NCBI GenBank assembly: GCA_965612795.1
Contig: CBFDTI010000001.1
Coordinates: 5,116-69,115 of the forward strand
Reading direction: 5' to 3'
Length of the DNA stretch: 64,000 bases
Source: an uncultured bacterium
Lineage (GTDB): Bacteria > Hydrothermota > UBA3073 > NMUJ01
A program made the translations under genes and the position numbers. Every line of letters begins with the position of its first letter. Positions within the stretch are counted from its first letter, which is position 1. The notes below the pieces were generated by a model. That model made no database searches, had not been told where the DNA came from, and saw only the letters and a list, made by a program, of their open reading frames with translations. Below are positions 27,143 to 38,007 of this stretch, piece by piece.

Positions 27143-28648
27143 ATGGAACACTTACATCCGCTCGAGGTTAAAGTCTTACGCGTATTTAAACAACATCAAC
27201 AAATAGTTGAATCAAAAATCCCCGAACTCTCAGGTATCGATCCAAAACAACTACCAAAGGTCATCAGCTGGTTACTCACAAAAAACTTACTCGAAGTTAC
27301 CGCCGAAAACATCACCCGCAAAGTACGGTTAACTGAACTCGGTAAACAGTTTCGTGACACTGGTATACCCGAGCTACGTATCTTAGATGCTGTTAAAAAG
27401 GGTGCACGTCCATTATCCGAGCTACGTAAACTTGTAAGTGACGCCCTATTTGGTAAAGCCATCGGTAGGCTTAAGCAACTAGGTGCGATAACTATTACTG
27501 ACGATAAAGCCTCATTTGTAAAACTACCGGATGAACTCACCAGCCTACAGAATATCTTAACCAAAATAGGTGATACAAGTTACCCATGGGATAAACTATC
27601 ACCCATGGAACAGGCTCTCATCACCCAATACTCACGTAAGCGTGGCAAACAACGTGGCATCTTCCGTGTCGACGAATACCGTGACCGCATATTTTCACTC
27701 ACTCCAACCGGCAAACAACTACTTACCCAGTTACCGGAAGAGATATCCGAAGAGATCTCACAGCTCACCCCCGACCTCCTACGTGACGGTAGCTGGCGTA
27801 CCTATAAGCTCAGGCCATATAATTTAATGCTACCCCCCAAACCCATCGTGGTAGGGCATCGTCACCCCTACTCACTATTTCTGTCCAAAGTACGTCAAAA
27901 GCTACTTGCGATGGGGTTTGAAGAGATGAAGGGCCCGCTCGTTGAGTACGAGTTCTGGAACATGGACGCCCTCTATATGCCACAGTTCCATCCCGCCCGT
28001 CAGATACACGACGTATATTTTGTAAAATCACCCAAATACGGCAAACCACTATCCCTACACATACTCGAAAGAGTAGCCGCCGTCCATCGCAACGGCGCTG
28101 ATACCGGGTCAAAGGGTTGGCGTTACGAATTCGATTACCAACGTGCACACAGGTTAATCCTCAGGAGCCAGGGTACTGCATTATCAGCACGTACACTTGC
28201 AAGCAACCCACACATCCCCGGTAAGTACTTCGCTATAGCCCGATGTTTCCGTTACGATAAAATTGACGCTTCACATTTACCTGACTTCTATCAAATCGAA
28301 GGCATCGTCATCAGCCCACACGTAAACCTACGCACACTGTTGGGGTTGCTCAAACTATTTGCTGAGGAGTTCGCACGCACCACGGAGGTGGAGTTCCGTC
28401 CCGGCTATTTCCCATTTACTGAACCATCGGTTGAGCTACACGCCAAAATCGACAACAAATGGGTAGAACTCGGTGGTGCCGGCATCTTCCGTAAAGAGGT
28501 AACCTATCCACTTGGGGTAGAGCTTCCCGTCCTCGCATGGGGGTTGGGCCTCGACCGTATGGCTATGTCTGCACTCGAAATAAAGGATATAAGATTGTTG
28601 TTTTCACGTGACCTTAGTTTCTTAAGACAAAGAGTTAAAAGACTATAA
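27143..28648 (+). CDS. pheS: Phenylalanyl-tRNA synthetase alpha subunit, archaeal/eukaryotic-type (~500 aa)
   Basis: Class II core motifs (FRxE-like ...CFRYD..., GLGLDRMAM), long N-terminal extension; start moved to ATG 27143 (MEHLHPLEV) from upstream TTG-type ORF-track start. Confidence 0.85.
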   Translation: MEHLHPLEVKVLRVFKQHQQIVESKIPELSGIDPKQLPKVISWLLTKNLLEVTAENITRKVRLTELGKQFRDTGIPELRILDAVKKGARPLSELRKLVSDALFGKAIGRLKQLGAITITDDKASFVKLPDELTSLQNILTKIGDTSYPWDKLSPMEQALITQYSRKRGKQRGIFRVDEYRDRIFSLTPTGKQLLTQLPEEISEEISQLTPDLLRDGSWRTYKLRPYNLMLPPKPIVVGHRHPYSLFLSKVRQKLLAMGFEEMKGPLVEYEFWNMDALYMPQFHPARQIHDVYFVKSPKYGKPLSLHILERVAAVHRNGADTGSKGWRYEFDYQRAHRLILRSQGTALSARTLASNPHIPGKYFAIARCFRYDKIDASHLPDFYQIEGIVISPHVNLRTLLGLLKLFAEEFARTTEVEFRPGYFPFTEPSVELHAKIDNKWVELGGAGIFRKEVTYPLGVELPVLAWGLGLDRMAMSALEIKDIRLLFSRDLSFLRQRVKRL

Positions 28649-30267
28649 TGCCTACAATAGTTGTACACAAAGAAGATTTCCTTACTCTGTTAGGTCACGT
28701 ACCAGATACCGACGAGCTAGCACGTGCCAAATCCCAATTAGTCGACATATTAGATGACGAACTCAAGATAGAGATAGCAGATACCAACCGCCCCGATCTA
28801 TGGAGTGCCGAAGGTATCGCACGTGAGCTATCAGGCCCCAAGGAGTACAGCTTCTTCGACACCTCCCCTCAATACGAGGTTATCGTCTCACCTGAAGTAC
28901 TCGAAGTACGCCCCTACATAGGTGCGTTCCTCGTCAAAGACATAAAATTAACCGACATTTCGCTACGTAGTATTATACAAAGTCAAGAAAAGCTCAGCGA
29001 CCTATACGGTAGAGGTAGACGTGACATAGCCATCGGCATATACGATGCATCAAAGATTGTCTTCCCCATACATTACCGTGGTGTACACCCATCAGAGGTA
29101 CGGTTCACGCCACTCGATATGACCGAGGAGCTATCACTCGATGAGATATTAGATAAACATCCAAAAGGCATCGAATACGGCCACCTAATCAAGTCGTGTA
29201 AATTCTATCCGTTACTTGTAGACAACGATAACAAGGTGCTATCGTTCCCCCCCATAATAAACAGCCGTTACATTGGTGAAGTCAAACCCGCTCACACATA
29301 TTTATTCTGCGAAACCACAGGCACTAACCTCGAAATGGTGCTACTCGTAACCAATATCCTTGCAACCAACTTCGCCGATCGTGGTGCCCAGATATTACCT
29401 ATTTTGATAGTCTACCCCAACGGCAAGAAGGTCAAAACTCCCCAGGATATCAGCGAACCTTGGGAATTATCACCCCATGAGGTACAGGAGCTGCTCGGCA
29501 TCTCTTTAGATATGGACGAAATCCACTCCACTCTACGGGCTGCTAATTACAGGATTAAAGATGGCAAACTCTATCCTCCCCCTTGGCGTGCTGATATCAT
29601 GAGTGTAGCCGATATAATCGAAGACATAGCAATACACCGTGGTTATAATACGTTTACACCAGTGGGATTGACGGATTTCACGGTAGGTCACTCCGCCCCT
29701 ATTGAGGAGCTCATCGAAGATATCCGCAACATCATGGTAGGAATAGGGTTTGAAGAGATACTCTCACATGTACTCACATCAAAAGATAACCTCATATACC
29801 GTATGAACCTACCCGAACGTAAAATCATAGAAATCGATAACGTCATGAGCTTATCCTATTCTGTTCTACGTGATACAATAATACCGTCACTGTTGGAGGT
29901 TGAATCCCTAAGCAGCAAATCACTATACCCACATAAGTTGTTCGAAGTAGGTGAAGTCGTAATTTACGATCCAGACTCACCTGAATACTCCCGTACAGTG
30001 AACCATCTCGCTGCAATAGTAGCACATCCGCAAGCAAATTTCTCCGAAACACATAGCTATCTAAATGCACTATTTCATCAACTTAACCTCACTTACAAAA
30101 TAGAGCCAACCTCACACCCTTCTTACATATCCGGTAGGGTGGCCAAAATTCTCGTCAATAATAACGAAATCGGCATCATCGGCGAACTACACCCGGAAGT
30201 ACTTACCCGCTGGAACATTAAAATACCTGTAAGTGCATTTGAGATAGAAATAGATGCTATCGGTTAA
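28648..30267 (+). CDS. pheT: Phenylalanyl-tRNA synthetase beta subunit, archaeal-type (539 aa, lacks bacterial N-terminal domains)
   Basis: B3/B4 and B5-like regions; length typical of archaeal PheT; start overlaps pheS stop. Confidence 0.8.
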   Translation: MPTIVVHKEDFLTLLGHVPDTDELARAKSQLVDILDDELKIEIADTNRPDLWSAEGIARELSGPKEYSFFDTSPQYEVIVSPEVLEVRPYIGAFLVKDIKLTDISLRSIIQSQEKLSDLYGRGRRDIAIGIYDASKIVFPIHYRGVHPSEVRFTPLDMTEELSLDEILDKHPKGIEYGHLIKSCKFYPLLVDNDNKVLSFPPIINSRYIGEVKPAHTYLFCETTGTNLEMVLLVTNILATNFADRGAQILPILIVYPNGKKVKTPQDISEPWELSPHEVQELLGISLDMDEIHSTLRAANYRIKDGKLYPPPWRADIMSVADIIEDIAIHRGYNTFTPVGLTDFTVGHSAPIEELIEDIRNIMVGIGFEEILSHVLTSKDNLIYRMNLPERKIIEIDNVMSLSYSVLRDTIIPSLLEVESLSSKSLYPHKLFEVGEVVIYDPDSPEYSRTVNHLAAIVAHPQANFSETHSYLNALFHQLNLTYKIEPTSHPSYISGRVAKILVNNNEIGIIGELHPEVLTRWNIKIPVSAFEIEIDAIG

Positions 30268-31399
30268 CCACTTTATCAAAGATTGATGCCAACTTACCCA
30301 CAACATGTGCTGCCTGGAACCCCTCAATCGTACCTCTCCATGGGTAATTATCAGAGTAGAACGCATTGTAATACTTTAGTATCAAACGTTTTATCCCATC
30401 AATATCGTCTGGATCCACTCCCTCACCCATACCATACTTTTCAACCAACTCACGTGCCCTCACCCCTCTGGGTGCTATCGCTATAACTGGATGCGGCATA
30501 CCCATATACTCGAACAACTTACATGTTATCATAAAGTGTGGCTCATACTTACCCACAAGCAACAGTAGCAACACACTGTTTTCGTAGAACCCCTTAATCC
30601 TATGATATGGCACATACGCGTAGTGTTTAATATACGGTCGTCGAGGCAGCGGTACCTCCAAATGCCCTACAAAGTTAACCTCTATTTTATCGCTATCTAT
30701 TTTACCTTCATCTATCAACTCATCGATCCCTTTAATAAATGTGTAGGGAGGTGCTAATTTACGTATCACCCCCGGATAGAGTATGGAGAATATCTCCATT
30801 TTAGGTACCTCTATAGTCATATCATATGGTGTAGGTATTATCTCAACCTTATCGTATCCATTGACATATTTGCGAAAAGTCTCATCCAACACCACAATAC
30901 GGTCGCTCACCCCATACACCCAGCGTTTAATCCAGTTATTGCTTACCCATGGGTCACGCAAGTCTATCACCAACGGCACCCCTGTTAACGTTTTCAAGAT
31001 CGCCCCTATTATGAGGTCAGTCACTGGTGGTGAGGTTGCAAATATCAGCTCTATTCTTTTGCGTTTGATCATATCGTAACCTTTGTAGATTGCAAACGGT
31101 ATCCACCCCATCTCCTTTTCTATCCATCGCAATAATTTAGGTCGTGCCTTACCACCGGTAAGTTGCGTAACACCCAAAAGTCTCAGTATCCGCAGCAGGT
31201 CGAGCGACTCAGTAAAACACACATCTTTAACAATGAGCAACGAACCATCATACGCATAGTAAGCACCAGGTTTGGGTGTCAAAACAACCGGTTCGTATCC
31301 ATATTCAGGAAGGTATTTCTCAAACCTCACCACCCTATGTACACCTGATAACCCCAATGGCGGGTGATAGTAAGCGATCAACAACACCCTACGCATCAT
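30257..31399 (-). CDS. Putative GT-B fold glycosyltransferase
   Basis: N-terminal LLIAYYHPPLGLSGVHR...GYEPVVLT and C-terminal FEYMGMPHPVIAI segments resemble GT4-like enzymes; weak. Confidence 0.45.
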   Translation of the reverse strand: MMRRVLLIAYYHPPLGLSGVHRVVRFEKYLPEYGYEPVVLTPKPGAYYAYDGSLLIVKDVCFTESLDLLRILRLLGVTQLTGGKARPKLLRWIEKEMGWIPFAIYKGYDMIKRKRIELIFATSPPVTDLIIGAILKTLTGVPLVIDLRDPWVSNNWIKRWVYGVSDRIVVLDETFRKYVNGYDKVEIIPTPYDMTIEVPKMEIFSILYPGVIRKLAPPYTFIKGIDELIDEGKIDSDKIEVNFVGHLEVPLPRRPYIKHYAYVPYHRIKGFYENSVLLLLLVGKYEPHFMITCKLFEYMGMPHPVIAIAPRGVRARELVEKYGMGEGVDPDDIDGIKRLILKYYNAFYSDNYPWRGTIEGFQAAHVVGKLASIFDKVVNR

Positions 31400-33462
31400 T
31401 TTGTAACAGCGAGCTTACCCCGTACCCAACGTCCATCAGCCAACTTAACAATAACTTGATAGACTCCCACCGGTATAGCATCCAATTCCTTCACATGTAT
31501 TATGGGGGAATCACCCTGTCCCGCAATAGAATATATTAACCTCCCACTCAACGTGTATAGATACATGGTTTGCCACACATAAGGGGTGACGATTGTCAAC
31601 GTACTATGTTTACCCACAACAAAAGGATTAGGATATATTTCAACTTTCGTAATCTCCCAACTTGGTGACAACGTAACCTTTGATATACCCCCACGTGTGG
31701 GTATCCACATTGAAAACCTCTCATTATCCCATACAATATCACGTGTAAAGTCCACATATTCCGAAGCCACCAACCCATCACCTATTGTGTAATTAATGAG
31801 TTCACCTGAACTTGGGTTAAGTACACTCACACCCTGCATATTCACCAGCATCCAGATTCTACCTTCCCAATCCTCTTCCAACGCCAGTATGTCATTGCTT
31901 GGCAGGTCACTATTGGTTGAGGTGTACTCACCGATCACCTTACCATCTCTTATCCGGAATACACCCGCACGTGTAGCCACCCATATATCACCAGCCCTAT
32001 CACATATGAGGTCCGTAACCCATGTAGTGGGTAGCAGGTTGCTCAGTATTTCAAACCCTCCATCCTTATGTATACATGCAATACCATACATGTGGCTACC
32101 TACCCACATATTTCCGTGACGATCCTCGGCAAACGCACCAGGTGTAACAAATTGCCACGTGTTGATAACCGAATCGTCCACAATCTCAAAGATATATCCA
32201 CCATTTGTACCTACCCACAGGTGATCGTTTGCATCTACGTACATACCCCAAACTATATTTGAGCCACTACCTGGTAAATGGAACCTTTTTAAAGAATCAC
32301 TTTCCGGGATATACTTTGCTAACCCTACATCATCACCCCAAAAGCTTATCCATAGGTTACCCTTACTATCACTCACGATATATCTTGCACGCTTAATTTC
32401 ATCTTCCCCAGCAAGATAATGCGCATAATACCATTTACCTTCTACCTCATATATTCGGGTGATGGCAGGCTCCCATGCCGTAAAATGTACCGCCCATATG
32501 TCACCGTTGGGGCTCAACGCTATACTGCTTGTGATATTGCTTACCATCGATGTAGGAAAACTATCCTTCAACAACGTATCCGTTGTCCAAGCTACCAACC
32601 CACATTTGAAACTACCCACCCATACTACACTATCTAAAATCACTAAATGGCCTTGCCCCCTTGGTGCATAAAGTAACGGCGTAAGTGATGGCCACCATGT
32701 ACCGTTCCACTTTTTAACACCCCACCTCGTAGAAGCCAACAGCAAAGTATCACCCTTACAGAAATCGAACACCTCCGGATACGCATTCACAAGTTGCGAA
32801 CTTCCCCTTACATACATCACTATCCCAGAGTCTGTACCCACCCATAAAGTGTCATTACACCACTCCAATGCCGTAATCCTAGCTTCCCTAACTTCAACCG
32901 GTAGATCCGTCTTTGGTATCACATGCCAGCCGTTACCTTCAACATCCGTTACACCGATACCGTCTTCTGTACAGAACCACAACGAATCGTTATGATAATA
33001 AACACGCAATACTTTATTATCCAACGGTACAGGTAGGTTCCAATAGCTTATTCTCTCAATATCGGATAAGTTAGCAGCAAGTTCCAATACCGTGACAGGT
33101 GCATCATCCTCAGTAGCTATCCATACTCTTCTACCTGCTACTGCCATTGAAGAGAACCTGTCACTTTGTGGTAACCCCTGTGCGTTCGTGTAACTGTACG
33201 ATATACCATGCGTGAAGATTACCAACCCCTTACTACGTGTAAGACACCACACCCCAGACGAGTCTACAAATATATCCTGTACGTTATTTTCGGTAAGCCC
33301 ATCCACATTTGTTAAATGTTGTAACTCATCCGTATCAGGGTTATAAATTACCACACCACCCTCGGTTGCTGCATAAATACAAGTTTCGTAATGAAAAATA
33401 TCATTCACTTTATAAGTAGAGAGAAAGCTCTCCCATACGATCCCCAATACAAACAATATCAT
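31396..33462 (-). CDS. Secreted beta-propeller protein (two-component-regulator-propeller-like repeats) with T9SS C-terminal sorting domain
   Basis: Repeated W/Y-containing blade motifs; C-terminus YPNPFVVGKHSTLTIV...GVYQVIVKLADGRWVRGKLAVTK matches the Por secretion tail (YPNPF start). Confidence 0.6.
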   Translation of the reverse strand: MILFVLGIVWESFLSTYKVNDIFHYETCIYAATEGGVVIYNPDTDELQHLTNVDGLTENNVQDIFVDSSGVWCLTRSKGLVIFTHGISYSYTNAQGLPQSDRFSSMAVAGRRVWIATEDDAPVTVLELAANLSDIERISYWNLPVPLDNKVLRVYYHNDSLWFCTEDGIGVTDVEGNGWHVIPKTDLPVEVREARITALEWCNDTLWVGTDSGIVMYVRGSSQLVNAYPEVFDFCKGDTLLLASTRWGVKKWNGTWWPSLTPLLYAPRGQGHLVILDSVVWVGSFKCGLVAWTTDTLLKDSFPTSMVSNITSSIALSPNGDIWAVHFTAWEPAITRIYEVEGKWYYAHYLAGEDEIKRARYIVSDSKGNLWISFWGDDVGLAKYIPESDSLKRFHLPGSGSNIVWGMYVDANDHLWVGTNGGYIFEIVDDSVINTWQFVTPGAFAEDRHGNMWVGSHMYGIACIHKDGGFEILSNLLPTTWVTDLICDRAGDIWVATRAGVFRIRDGKVIGEYTSTNSDLPSNDILALEEDWEGRIWMLVNMQGVSVLNPSSGELINYTIGDGLVASEYVDFTRDIVWDNERFSMWIPTRGGISKVTLSPSWEITKVEIYPNPFVVGKHSTLTIVTPYVWQTMYLYTLSGRLIYSIAGQGDSPIIHVKELDAIPVGVYQVIVKLADGRWVRGKLAVTK

Positions 33463-33851
33463 TTACCCAGCTTATTACGTATGAATTCTATCACCTGCTC
33501 TTTGTTGCCCCTAAACCTCACGTACATACCACGAAAGTTTTCCAACCTGTTGGGTTTATCAAACGGGCTAAGCAATACACCATATTTATCGACATAGTAG
33601 CTTTTGATCGACTCCCAGCGCCTGAATTGTGTCACAAAGAACCCCTTTTTATAGACACCCCTGTCGTTCATTACATAGGTGGTTGGCAAAAAATACGACA
33701 ATATATTTACAACAAGCAAAAACGTACCAAATAATGTCCACCACACTCCCCACGTATAGTAAAGACCAATCGCCAAAAACACAATAAAAGCTATCAAATA
33801 CGCTGTTTTACGTGGCTCCTCTTTAGCGGGTAACGACCGCCATTCTATCAT
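33459..33851 (-). CDS. Membrane protein with two TM helices and a bacterial PH-like (YdbS/bPH_2-type) domain
   Basis: Two hydrophobic helices then ~70-aa soluble domain; architecture-based call. Confidence 0.4.
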   Translation of the reverse strand: MIEWRSLPAKEEPRKTAYLIAFIVFLAIGLYYTWGVWWTLFGTFLLVVNILSYFLPTTYVMNDRGVYKKGFFVTQFRRWESIKSYYVDKYGVLLSPFDKPNRLENFRGMYVRFRGNKEQVIEFIRNKLGK

Positions 33852-34954
33852 AACTTAAGTTTATCAAACTCAGGTTTCAACATCTCATAGATTTTATCGA
33901 GTGCTGCTGATATCACCTTTGTATCACCAATTACTGGCATAAAGTTGGTATCCCCCAACCACCTTGGTACAATATGTACATGTATATGGTCGACCACACC
34001 CGCACCCGCCACTTTACCCACATTTATACCGATGTTGAACCCATGGGGATGCATCACCTTACGCAATATCTCCACAGAGGCTTGTACTAAACGCCCAACC
34101 TCCACAAGCTCTTCCGGAGTCAACTCTGTCAGTTCACCAGTGTGACGTGTGGGTGCTACCATCAAATGTCCGTTATTATAAGGGAAGATATTCATGACAA
34201 CAAAAGCCCGTTCACTACGATACAATACATAGCTCTTGGCCATATTTTTGAGCGCATCACAAAATATGCATCCCCCCTTGCGTGGCCCCGTTATGTACTC
34301 TATACGCCAAGGTGCCCACAACCTATGCGGTACTGTTGTCAACAGCTTTTCAGTTGTCTTAAAATGTAACTTCGCAACCTTACCTAATGCGTGTTCACCT
34401 TTTGTTAAGACAAATTCCTTACCTATCAGCTCCACTTCTGTAGACGCGCCCTTGGGTAACACCATACCTTCGCTCTCCGATAATTTATTTAATTGCTCCA
34501 AAAATGTAGCACGTGCCAAAAGTGACGCCAGCATCACCGCAAGATCCTCCTCCCCATGTGGATGTATCACCAACGGTACTCCTTTCGGGAAATACGATTT
34601 TATAAAATCCGGATCCGCAAACTGATCTATCACTATACGGTCGCAACTACCCACACTGTTAAGTAGCTTCATCACAACCCTACTATGTAGCCATGCCAAG
34701 ATATGGTTGAGGTTAGGTGTCCTACTATAGAGCTTATTGTATTCTGTAGGCGCCAGATAGCATATCTCATGTACACACAATTTTTTAATTTCCTGGCTCA
34801 GATATATAGCTTGTGCATCGGTTACCTTTTTGCTCTCCCTTATTGGTAGTTTCTTCAGTTCTGGTAGCTTCTCGTCATCCAAAAATACTGCCGCAACTGC
34901 CAATCCACCAAAATAATCCCCCTTACCAGCTTCGTCACTACCTATCCATCTCAT
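33848..34954 (-). CDS. Fusion: RNase HII-like N-domain + HIT (histidine triad) nucleotide hydrolase C-domain
   Basis: N-terminus IGSDEAGKGDYFGGLAVAAV (RNase H2 active-site motif); C-terminus GCIFCDAL...VDHIHVHIVPR (HIT HxHxHxx). Confidence 0.6.
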   Translation of the reverse strand: MRWIGSDEAGKGDYFGGLAVAAVFLDDEKLPELKKLPIRESKKVTDAQAIYLSQEIKKLCVHEICYLAPTEYNKLYSRTPNLNHILAWLHSRVVMKLLNSVGSCDRIVIDQFADPDFIKSYFPKGVPLVIHPHGEEDLAVMLASLLARATFLEQLNKLSESEGMVLPKGASTEVELIGKEFVLTKGEHALGKVAKLHFKTTEKLLTTVPHRLWAPWRIEYITGPRKGGCIFCDALKNMAKSYVLYRSERAFVVMNIFPYNNGHLMVAPTRHTGELTELTPEELVEVGRLVQASVEILRKVMHPHGFNIGINVGKVAGAGVVDHIHVHIVPRWLGDTNFMPVIGDTKVISAALDKIYEMLKPEFDKLKL

Positions 34955-37371
34955 TTTGTAACTATATTGATGAGCTTTTTAGGTACCACGATGATACGTT
35001 TCACCTGCTTACCCATAATATGTTGCCGTATTTTGGGATGTTCCAGTGCCATCTTACGTATATCGTCTTCTGTCACATCAAACGGTACCTGCAGACGTAC
35101 CCTAAGCTTACCATCAACCTGCACCGGTATCTCAATCTCCGGTAGGTATACTTTCCCTGGATCATACTGAGGCCAACTTGCGTGGAAAATAGATCCCTCA
35201 CCTCCGATCCTATGCCATAATTCTTCCGCTAGATATGGTGCAAATGGTGCAATCAGCTTCACTAACGTATAAAGCCCATAACCGAGCGTCTCGTCCTTTC
35301 CAGACTTGTAGAATTCATTGACAAGCTCCATCAACGCCGCTATCGCAGTATTATAGTGGAAATCTTCAATATCCTCCGTAACCTTCTTGATCGTGTAGTT
35401 AATCCTACGCAATAATATACTGTCATTAGCCGGTACATTCTCCGTGATTATATCGGTGTTCTCCGTCACAATCCTATAGACTCGATCAAGGAACCGCCGT
35501 GCACCTTCAACTACACGTTCGCTCCATATACCTTCTTTTTCCGGTGGCCCCAGAAACAGCACCCCCACACGTGCAACGTCTGCACCTACCCGCTGCACGA
35601 GAGGTCTCACCGGTACAGCTGTACCCCTTGAAGATGACATCACCTTTCCGTCTTCGTTCAATATCATACCCTGTGTGAACAACCGTAATGCCGGTTCATT
35701 CACCGGCGATATACCTGCATCGTATAACACTTTCGTGATAAATCTGAAGTATATCAGGTGACCGGTTGCATGCTCGATACCACCAATATATTGATCGATA
35801 GGCATCCATCTCTTCGCTATCTTAGGGTCAAATATTTCGTTATCGTTATGTGGGTCGGTGTATCGCAGTTGATACCAAGATGAATCCACGAACGTATCCA
35901 TAGTATCAGGGTCACGCTTTGCATCCCCTCCACACCGTGGACACTTTGTATTTATAAATTCAGGTACCGACTCAAGTGGCGATTTACCTTTAGGAGCGTA
36001 ATCCACCACTTCAGGTAATTTCACCGGTAACTCTTCTTCCGGCACAGGTACCACACCACAACGTGGACAATGTATCATAGGGATTGGTGCACCCCAATAA
36101 CGTTGCCGTGATACAAGCCAATCCCTAAGATGGAATTGCACCTCTCTACCACCCAATCCCATGGCCTTGAGCTCATCCGCCACTGCTGAAATCCCCTCTT
36201 CAGAGGTAAGTCCCGTAAATTTACCAGATTCTATCATCACCCCGTACTCTTCATAAGCTTTATCGAGCGGTTCGCTTAATTCACTATCCACGGGTTTAAT
36301 TACTACCTTTATCGGTAAGCCATACTTTTTAGCAAACTCAAAATCACGCTGATCGTGTGCAGGTACACCCATTACGATACCTGTCCCATATGTAGCAAGT
36401 ACATAATCACACACATAGATCGGAATACGTTCACCCGTAAAGGGATGCACCGCATATAGGCCTGTGAATACCCCAGTCTTTTCGCGTTCACGTGATGTAC
36501 GCTCTATCTCCGAAATCCTAAGCGACCTCTCGATATATTGGTGAACCTCCTCACTTAAGGGTAAGCCTTCCAATATCTCATGTTCTGGTGCTATCGCAAT
36601 AAATGTCACCCCAAATACAGTATCAGCACGTGTTGTAAACACTGGTAACTGCTTATCGAACTCTGGTAGCTTAAACACGATACGTACACCCTCGCTCTTG
36701 CCGATCCAATTTCGTTGCAGGTTTATCACCTCATCAGGCCATTTACCTTCGAGATATTTCAGATCATCCAGTAACCTCTCCGCATATGCAGTAATTTTGA
36801 AGAACCATTGGGTTAACTTACGTTTAATTACAAGGCTGCTACAACGCCAACATTTGCCATCACTCACTTGTTCGTTAGCTAACACTGTCTGACAGTTTGG
36901 GCACCAGTTCACATATGCAGGTTTACGGTAGGCCAGCCCTCTCTTGTAAAGTAGAAGGAATATCCATTGCGTCCATTTGTAGTACTCCGGTTCGCACGTC
37001 AGTATCTCACGTGTCCAATCATAACTTATACCCATGAGTCGGTAGCTTTCACGTGATATCTCGATATTCTTCATTGTCCAATCTCTTGGGTGTATACCAT
37101 GCCGTATTGCTGCATTCTCTGCGGGTAGGCCAAACGCATCCCAGCCCACCGGATGCAACACCTGATACCCCTGCATCATTTTGTACCGGGTTAATACATC
37201 ACCCAACACATAGTTACGTAGATGCCCTATGTGTAAGTCACCTGATGGATACGCGAACATCTCCAGTACGTAGAATTTTCTGGCCGGATCCGGTCTATCC
37301 GTAGTTCTATAAATACCCTGGGTCTCCCACCACTTACGCCATCTATCCTCTATTTCATGAATCGGGTACAT
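34951..37371 (-). CDS. leuS: Leucyl-tRNA synthetase
   Basis: Class I HIGH (PSGDLHIGHL) and KMSKS-region, CP1 editing domain, overall LeuS layout. Confidence 0.95.
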   Translation of the reverse strand: MYPIHEIEDRWRKWWETQGIYRTTDRPDPARKFYVLEMFAYPSGDLHIGHLRNYVLGDVLTRYKMMQGYQVLHPVGWDAFGLPAENAAIRHGIHPRDWTMKNIEISRESYRLMGISYDWTREILTCEPEYYKWTQWIFLLLYKRGLAYRKPAYVNWCPNCQTVLANEQVSDGKCWRCSSLVIKRKLTQWFFKITAYAERLLDDLKYLEGKWPDEVINLQRNWIGKSEGVRIVFKLPEFDKQLPVFTTRADTVFGVTFIAIAPEHEILEGLPLSEEVHQYIERSLRISEIERTSREREKTGVFTGLYAVHPFTGERIPIYVCDYVLATYGTGIVMGVPAHDQRDFEFAKKYGLPIKVVIKPVDSELSEPLDKAYEEYGVMIESGKFTGLTSEEGISAVADELKAMGLGGREVQFHLRDWLVSRQRYWGAPIPMIHCPRCGVVPVPEEELPVKLPEVVDYAPKGKSPLESVPEFINTKCPRCGGDAKRDPDTMDTFVDSSWYQLRYTDPHNDNEIFDPKIAKRWMPIDQYIGGIEHATGHLIYFRFITKVLYDAGISPVNEPALRLFTQGMILNEDGKVMSSSRGTAVPVRPLVQRVGADVARVGVLFLGPPEKEGIWSERVVEGARRFLDRVYRIVTENTDIITENVPANDSILLRRINYTIKKVTEDIEDFHYNTAIAALMELVNEFYKSGKDETLGYGLYTLVKLIAPFAPYLAEELWHRIGGEGSIFHASWPQYDPGKVYLPEIEIPVQVDGKLRVRLQVPFDVTEDDIRKMALEHPKIRQHIMGKQVKRIIVVPKKLINIVTK

Positions 37372-37395
37372 CGAATTTATAACTAAAACTACAGA

Positions 37396-38007
37396 TTAAG
37401 GGTTGAAGTCAACCCACCATTTCTTGCCTTTTGTGAGTTCACACAGTTTTACCACATTCTTACCGACCAATGTTGCATAATGTACCGCTTCACGATCTTT
37501 TGTAACATCCTCAAACCCTATCGAGTATGTAAACCCATACGGTGGGAATAACAGACCCATATCGTTAAGTGTACCCATCAACCCCAATATAGTTTGCATC
37601 GCACCATCCTCCGTACCGGTTACGACTATGCCACCAACTTTACCATCGAGTAACTTACCTTCGTTCTCAAGCGCTGTTAGCCTATCTATGAGGTTCTTCA
37701 TCATCCCTGACATCGCGTACCAGTACACTGGGGTGACGAAAATCAAGATATCCGCCTCCAGTATCTTTTCAAATATCCAAACCATATCATCACGCAGATC
37801 GTCCGATGTACATGTGCGGCGGGTACATTTTTTCGGATCTTCCGACCCACACCCCTTACATGGACGGATATCGCAATCTACAAGATGTAAGATTTCCACT
37901 TCATAACCACTTTCTTCTATTGTTTCAATCACCACACGAGCTAATTCCATGGTTATACCATCTTTACGAGGTGACCCATTTATAACAAGCGCTTTACCCA
38001 TTGTCAC
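37396..38007 (-). CDS. Iron-sulfur flavoprotein / NADPH-dependent FMN reductase family
   Basis: LVINGSPRKDG flavodoxin-like motif plus compact Cys cluster CKGCGSEDPKKC typical of Isf-like proteins. Confidence 0.7.
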   Translation of the reverse strand: MTMGKALVINGSPRKDGITMELARVVIETIEESGYEVEILHLVDCDIRPCKGCGSEDPKKCTRRTCTSDDLRDDMVWIFEKILEADILIFVTPVYWYAMSGMMKNLIDRLTALENEGKLLDGKVGGIVVTGTEDGAMQTILGLMGTLNDMGLLFPPYGFTYSIGFEDVTKDREAVHYATLVGKNVVKLCELTKGKKWWVDFNP

